From contig CAMHEP010000001.1 in the NCBI GenBank assembly GCA_946184195.1, positions 1 to 38,926 on the forward strand: DNA of 38,926 nucleotides. The letters are read 5' to 3'. Shown in pieces: positions 34,619 through 38,926 of the stretch. The notes beneath the pieces were generated by a model, which was not told where the DNA came from, searched no databases, and saw only the letters and a program-made list of their open reading frames with translations. Position numbers and translations under genes: made by a program. This DNA comes from an uncultured Bacteroidales bacterium (lineage in GTDB: Bacteria > Bacteroidota > Bacteroidia > Bacteroidales > Paludibacteraceae). Position 1 is the stretch's first letter; each line of letters begins with the position of its first letter.

Positions 34619-37315
34619 ATGAGAAAAGTTAAACTTTTTGCTCTCGCTCTGATGGCTATGTTTAGCCTCAGCGCAGTAGCTGAAGATGTTACCTTAGACT
34701 TGGCTTTAGCTAAGAATACGGATCCTACTCCGTCTATTGGTAATGTCATTGGCGACAACTATCAAACTAAAAACTTTGATGGTACTGGTTACAAAATGGG
34801 TTCTGATGGTAATTCTATTGGTTGGAACATTTCAGAATCTAATCGTACATTTAATACTATTTCAATTACCGGCTACATTAACACCACCTCTTTAGACAAA
34901 AATTGGGGATTTGTATTCAGTACTGATGGTGGTTCTACATGGGGAACTGAGCAAAATGTAGCAAATGATGGTACAAAATCTGTACATGAGATTGACTGCA
35001 GCAGTTTATCTGTTCCTGCTGGAGCAAATGCCGTTAAGGTCATTCGCCGTGCGGGTACTTCCTGTTATGTTTGCAGTATAACACTAACATTAGATCCCGA
35101 TTGTTCTGCTCCCGCTGAGGCACTTAGCCTAACGACTCCCCGGAACGCTTATTTTGTAGGCGAAAATGTGTCCCTAAACATTGCCGGTGGTAATGGTGAG
35201 GCTATTGCTCTAACTCTGGATGGCGAAGCGTTTACAGGCACAAGCTGGTTGGCAGCAGGCGTAGGTGACCATACCTTTGTTGCTACGCAAGAGGTTTCCG
35301 AAGGTGGCATATGCGGTGGTGTAGCTCAAGTAACCATCAGCGTTAGCGCAACTAACCCCGTAACGACATTCGAGATTGACGGTCCCGCTGCCGCATCCGC
35401 ATTCATTGGTCAAGCAGTAACCCTCAAAGCCGTGAACTTCGATGCCGCTCCCACTGAAATCAAATGGTACGACGCAAACTATAATGAACTAAGTATAACT
35501 GATTCCTATTCCTTCACCCCCGATGCTGCCGGTGACTATGTATTCTATATTACGGCTTACAACCAATTCAATGCTCTGAACGAAGAGGCTTTTGTAATGT
35601 ACACTCTCCATGTAACGAAACTCTGTGGTGAACTGATCACAGCTACCTTGAATGGTGGCTCATCAGCAACTATGGGTGGTGTTATCGGTGGTACCTTTGA
35701 TACCAACCTTGGAAGTGGAAAATACAAATTGGACAAAGGCAAATACATTGGTGTACAATTGGCATCAGGTACTTTCTCGGCAGGTGATGTCGTAACGATT
35801 ACAATGTCAGCAGCCGGTCAAAACTATCCTTGCCTCTTCGGAGATAAAGACAGAACTAATCTTTTGTTCTTGGCTGAGGAAGTTTCCGAGGCTACAGAGT
35901 ACCAAATTGTATTGCCGGCTGCCGCAAGTGGTTTAACTTCTATCTATCTGTCTCGTGATGCAGACGATGCTACCTACAAGTGGAATCCGACTGTATCCTC
36001 TATTTCTGTTAGCCGTTCGTGCGAGGCAAGCAGCAATGCAGACATCACCGCTGCTTATGCAGAAGGCGAAATGGCATTGAGTTTCGATGAGCAGACCAAC
36101 ACATTCTCAGGCATCGTTCCTGCTACTGTAAACTTGGCACAAGTGACCATCACTTACACCTTGGCTCATCCGTTGGCAAGTGCTACTCCCGCAAGTGGTT
36201 TCGTAATGGATGTGCCCACTGCCGGTGCTGCTGCCAATACACAAAACATCGTGGTAACAGCTGAGGATGGAACAAACAAGACCTATATTATCAGCATCTC
36301 CAAAGCAGCCGCTGCAAGCGATGTTGCTACTCTATCTGCTCTCGCAGTGAATGGTTACACGCTGGATCCCGCATTCGACCCCGAAGTAGTTGCATACAAC
36401 ATTACCAAAGCATACGGTGCAGCTAATCCCTCTTCAACGGATATAGAATTAACGCTCACCGATCCTGCTTCTCACGACCATATCGAGACTTTGGAGAACA
36501 GCTTCGTTATCACCATAACTGCTGAGGACGGCGTAACCCAAAAGGTGTATACCATCAATATCCTGACCGCTGCTGCTCCGAAAGACCTTTTGGAGGTTAG
36601 CTTCTCCAATGGCGTGCACGGTTTCATTAAGACTGGCGAGATTAAAGTGCCTTATATCGCAGGTGCTGAAGCTCCGACTTATGTTGAGAGCATCTTTGCA
36701 AGCGGCGTAGAGGGCGCAAGCGCTCAGTTAATGGAAGACGGACTGAAAGTTATCGGCGCTGACGCTGACGAGGTGGTTTACTCCATCGTTTATGAGGCTG
36801 TTCCTGTAGCTGACATCCAGTTGGAGAATACCATTACCTTTGATAGCACTGAGAACTATATCTATAGTGTTTACGGATGGGATGCTGCCAAGGGTTGGAA
36901 GATTGCTAAGGACGTTGAGGAAGCCGCTAACAAGCGTATCTCCGAGGGTAAAGACCGTTTCTATATGGCTCTGCCCGCAGCTGACTCGCTGTACCTGACA
37001 TCCGGAAGTGGAAAAGATCGTCCTGTCAAAATCACGGTGAATGGCGTAGCAAGTGATGTGGTCAAACTGGCTAAGCAAAACGAAGAAGTAGCAATCGCGC
37101 TGAACGCAAGTGCTAACAATTTCGTTTGCATTGAGAGCAATGGTAGCAACGGTGACGGTGGTATCATCGCAATCCGTCTGCATAAGAACGACGATACACC
37201 TTCCGCTCTCGACGAGGCTGTTGAGGCTGAGAAGGCACACAAGGTTGTTCGTGACGGTCAAATCATCATCATCCGTGGCGACAAAGAGTTCAACCTCGTA
37301 GGTGCTGAACTCTAA
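34619..37315 (+). CDS. Large secreted/cell-surface protein with cadherin-like (Ig-like beta-sandwich) repeats and the family C-terminal tail
   Basis: 898 aa. Signal peptide MRKVKLFALALMAMFSLSAVA/ED. Two cadherin-like beta-sandwich repeats (..NADITAAYAEGEMALSF...VTAEDGTNKTYIISI; LSALAVNGYTLDPAFDPEVVAYNI...ITAEDGVTQKVYTINI). C-terminal KAHKVVRDGQIIIIRGDKEFNLVGAEL. Confidence 0.8.
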   Translation: MRKVKLFALALMAMFSLSAVAEDVTLDLALAKNTDPTPSIGNVIGDNYQTKNFDGTGYKMGSDGNSIGWNISESNRTFNTISITGYINTTSLDKNWGFVFSTDGGSTWGTEQNVANDGTKSVHEIDCSSLSVPAGANAVKVIRRAGTSCYVCSITLTLDPDCSAPAEALSLTTPRNAYFVGENVSLNIAGGNGEAIALTLDGEAFTGTSWLAAGVGDHTFVATQEVSEGGICGGVAQVTISVSATNPVTTFEIDGPAAASAFIGQAVTLKAVNFDAAPTEIKWYDANYNELSITDSYSFTPDAAGDYVFYITAYNQFNALNEEAFVMYTLHVTKLCGELITATLNGGSSATMGGVIGGTFDTNLGSGKYKLDKGKYIGVQLASGTFSAGDVVTITMSAAGQNYPCLFGDKDRTNLLFLAEEVSEATEYQIVLPAAASGLTSIYLSRDADDATYKWNPTVSSISVSRSCEASSNADITAAYAEGEMALSFDEQTNTFSGIVPATVNLAQVTITYTLAHPLASATPASGFVMDVPTAGAAANTQNIVVTAEDGTNKTYIISISKAAAASDVATLSALAVNGYTLDPAFDPEVVAYNITKAYGAANPSSTDIELTLTDPASHDHIETLENSFVITITAEDGVTQKVYTINILTAAAPKDLLEVSFSNGVHGFIKTGEIKVPYIAGAEAPTYVESIFASGVEGASAQLMEDGLKVIGADADEVVYSIVYEAVPVADIQLENTITFDSTENYIYSVYGWDAAKGWKIAKDVEEAANKRISEGKDRFYMALPAADSLYLTSGSGKDRPVKITVNGVASDVVKLAKQNEEVAIALNASANNFVCIESNGSNGDGGIIAIRLHKNDDTPSALDEAVEAEKAHKVVRDGQIIIIRGDKEFNLVGAEL

Positions 37316-37381
37316 CAATACTACGGCTAATAGCTTACCGACGGCGTCACAACCGCCGGTAGGCAATGTGGCCAAACTTAA

Positions 37382-37421
37382 CAGAGAAGCGGAGCCACGG
37401 ATCTGCTTCTCTGTTTTTTTT
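37382..37421 (+). terminator. Rho-independent terminator after the 898-aa gene
   Basis: Stem CAGAGAAGC (37382-37390) / GCTTCTCTG (37405-37413), 14-nt loop, followed by T8 (37414-37421). Confidence 0.75.
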
Positions 37422-37467
37422 ACAAAAACACTAGACCCCTTCTTTACTGACATAAAAGTCTAATCCT

Positions 37468-38841
37468 ATGAAAAAACTCAAACTATTTACTCTGGCACTA
37501 ACAACCCTCTTCACCATGGGCGTTTCTGCAGAGACTATCTTCTCGTTCACTGTCACGGCAGAATCCGTTAATGCAGGTACTTACGAAGCCAATGGCGGCA
37601 CTGCTCAGTGCACTCGTGCCATGAGCACCGGCGGATCGAACGAGATTACAGTGGGCAGCCAAACATTCTATAAGTTCAACTCGTCTACCAGTTGGATTTT
37701 CACTCTCTCGTCGGGGACTTTCCAAGCCGGTGACGTCTTCTACTTCACCGTGGCTGCCACTACATCGGATAAGAACGGTAAGGGTGTCGCGGTCAACAAC
37801 ATCCCTGTCACCGGAGATATCCCCGGCAATAGTACGGCTTTGCTCTCATACACCGTGGTAGCCGGCGATGGCATCGAAGGTCAGTCCTCTGTCACCGTCA
37901 AACGTAACGACTCCGACACGAAGCTCGGTACCATCGAGGTTATCCGTGGCGGAGGTAGTCCTGCCGATAGTGATCCTCTTCCACAATTGAAAGTCAACAA
38001 GACCTCTGTCGATCTCCATGTCACTCCTGAAGTGGCTAACCCCACCGCCGAAGTAGTCTTCACCGGCAAGAACCTCACCCCCGGTAACTATGCCGTCGTT
38101 GTACCTAATTTGGCAGGATTAAGTGTAGAGCCGCAAGTGGTTAGTGTGGGTGACGACGGCGTACTCAATGCCGGTATCAACCTATCCTATGCCAGCGCAG
38201 AGGACGTTGCAGCAGCAAGCACCTCTATCTCCCTCACCATCGGCGATGAGGTCGTTCAGGTAACGCTCAACTATTCCGCTTCGCATACCATTGCTTACGC
38301 CTCGTCAATCAATATCGAACAACTCGTGCTGGATAACGGCACCGGATACGACATCCGTGGCGCATTGGCAGCCGCCAACATCGAGTTCGACAAGATAGAC
38401 GCTCTCGACTCGCTCAATGATGCCAAAACCGAACGCAATGAACCCTACCTCGGACTCAAACTCAAAACCGCCGGTGCTTACATCAAACTGTGCGTTCAGG
38501 CTGGCAAGGCGCTCAATGTGAAGTTCGGTTATATAGGCTCTCCGGTCAATGTGACAGTCAACGGTGTTGACCCGCAACAAATCACTACCGACACGGAGGA
38601 GTGGACATCCGTTGCCGATAATGTAGACCACTTTATCACCTTTACTACATCGACCAAGAACACCGTTGTCTTCAAGCAGATTATGGTTGGTGAAAACATC
38701 GCTCCGGTGACTCTGCCTGCTAAGACCGCCGTGGATGAGGTAGAGGCTGACGCGCCGAAAGCTCACAAGGTTATTCACAACGGTCAAATCGTCATCATCC
38801 GTGGCGACAAAGAGTTCAACCTCATAGGTGCTGAACTCTAA
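37468..38841 (+). CDS. Secreted/cell-surface protein, shorter paralogue of the 898-aa protein
   Basis: 457 aa. Signal peptide MKKLKLFTLALTTLFTMGVSA/ET. Shares the module LSSGTFQAGDVFYF (compare LASGTFSAGDVVTI), the VNVTVNGV module, and the tail KAHKVIHNGQIVIIRGDKEFNLIGAEL. Confidence 0.8.
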   Translation: MKKLKLFTLALTTLFTMGVSAETIFSFTVTAESVNAGTYEANGGTAQCTRAMSTGGSNEITVGSQTFYKFNSSTSWIFTLSSGTFQAGDVFYFTVAATTSDKNGKGVAVNNIPVTGDIPGNSTALLSYTVVAGDGIEGQSSVTVKRNDSDTKLGTIEVIRGGGSPADSDPLPQLKVNKTSVDLHVTPEVANPTAEVVFTGKNLTPGNYAVVVPNLAGLSVEPQVVSVGDDGVLNAGINLSYASAEDVAAASTSISLTIGDEVVQVTLNYSASHTIAYASSINIEQLVLDNGTGYDIRGALAAANIEFDKIDALDSLNDAKTERNEPYLGLKLKTAGAYIKLCVQAGKALNVKFGYIGSPVNVTVNGVDPQQITTDTEEWTSVADNVDHFITFTTSTKNTVVFKQIMVGENIAPVTLPAKTAVDEVEADAPKAHKVIHNGQIVIIRGDKEFNLIGAEL

Positions 38842-38926
38842 AAGTCTCACCTTGATGCCCTATCGGGTCGCTGACCCCTATCGAGGATAACCGCCATTAA
38901 CCCAAACCTGACACGAACAACTATAC

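Noticed and set aside
34619-35100. Lower GC in the first ~480 nt of the 898-aa gene as evidence of a horizontally acquired N-terminal module
   Set aside because: Hand counts of 60-nt lines gave 32-42% GC at the 5-prime end against 40-48% further into the gene. The difference is too small and too crudely measured to support a mosaic-origin claim without a proper sliding-window calculation.
37238-37315. Calling the shared C-terminal tail a T9SS C-terminal sorting domain
   Set aside because: Canonical T9SS CTDs are ~70-100 aa and continue for several strands after the Y-D/N-x-x-G-R/K-like motif. Here the proteins stop right after it. Without an HMM score I do not assign it.
36728-37453. 241-aa and 181-aa (38305-38850) minus-strand ORFs with similar N-termini (LEFSTYEVELFVATDDDDLTV)
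   Set aside because: They are antisense to the two surface-protein genes. Their similarity to each other is just the mirror image of the shared 3-prime tail, so it is not independent evidence for coding.
1-38926. Mobile-element boundaries (transposase, integrase, tRNA-adjacent island, long terminal inverted repeats) that could explain the inversion or the accessory right end
   Set aside because: I recognised no transposase, integrase or recombinase-like ORF and no tRNA gene in any frame. I also found no matching inverted repeats between the two proposed junctions (~11.2 kb and ~33.2 kb), only a shared direct 8-mer (TTCTTCTC), which is not significant.

Overview
This is a Bacteroidales-type chromosomal segment, roughly 50% GC by eye. 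Genes are preceded by TAnnTTTG -7 boxes rather than Shine-Dalgarno sites.

Content from left to right:
(1) The 3-prime end of a secreted-protein gene.
(2) About 760 nt of non-coding DNA holding a perfect 17-bp hairpin, an 11-nt-period tandem array, a promoter and a ~275-nt structured leader.
(3) The proximal dcw cluster mraZ-rsmH-ftsL-like-ftsI-murE-mraY-murD-ftsW-murG on the + strand (1131-11241).
(4) About 17 kb of ordinary housekeeping operons: HAD-korA-korB-acyl-CoA ligase; an RsmB/F-type methyltransferase; thioredoxin-K+/H+ antiporter-SDR-DEAD helicase; lepA-permease-dedA.
(5) The distal dcw genes murC-ftsQ-ftsA-ftsZ plus an unknown two-TM protein on the - strand (33118-27326), inverted relative to murG.
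(6) An accessory right end: a zeta-toxin-family P-loop kinase with an overlapping 70-aa ORF, then two paralogous signal-peptide/cadherin-like proteins that share a short C-terminal tail with the gene fragment at the left edge.

I recognised no rRNA, tRNA, CRISPR array, transposase or integrase, and I do not see a clear-cut multi-gene novel system.

The most defensible unusual signals are:
(a) The split, inverted dcw cluster.
(b) Families of short-period tandem arrays (11, 15 and 7 nt), both upstream of promoters and in frame inside conserved genes.
(c) A concentric nested palindrome that duplicates a whole promoter between the thioredoxin gene and lepA.
(d) A repeat-rich, structured mraZ leader.
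(e) The surface-protein family with an invariant RGD-containing C-terminal tail, next to a toxin-first zeta-like gene pair.

All functional calls rest on motif recognition by eye. No database search was run.
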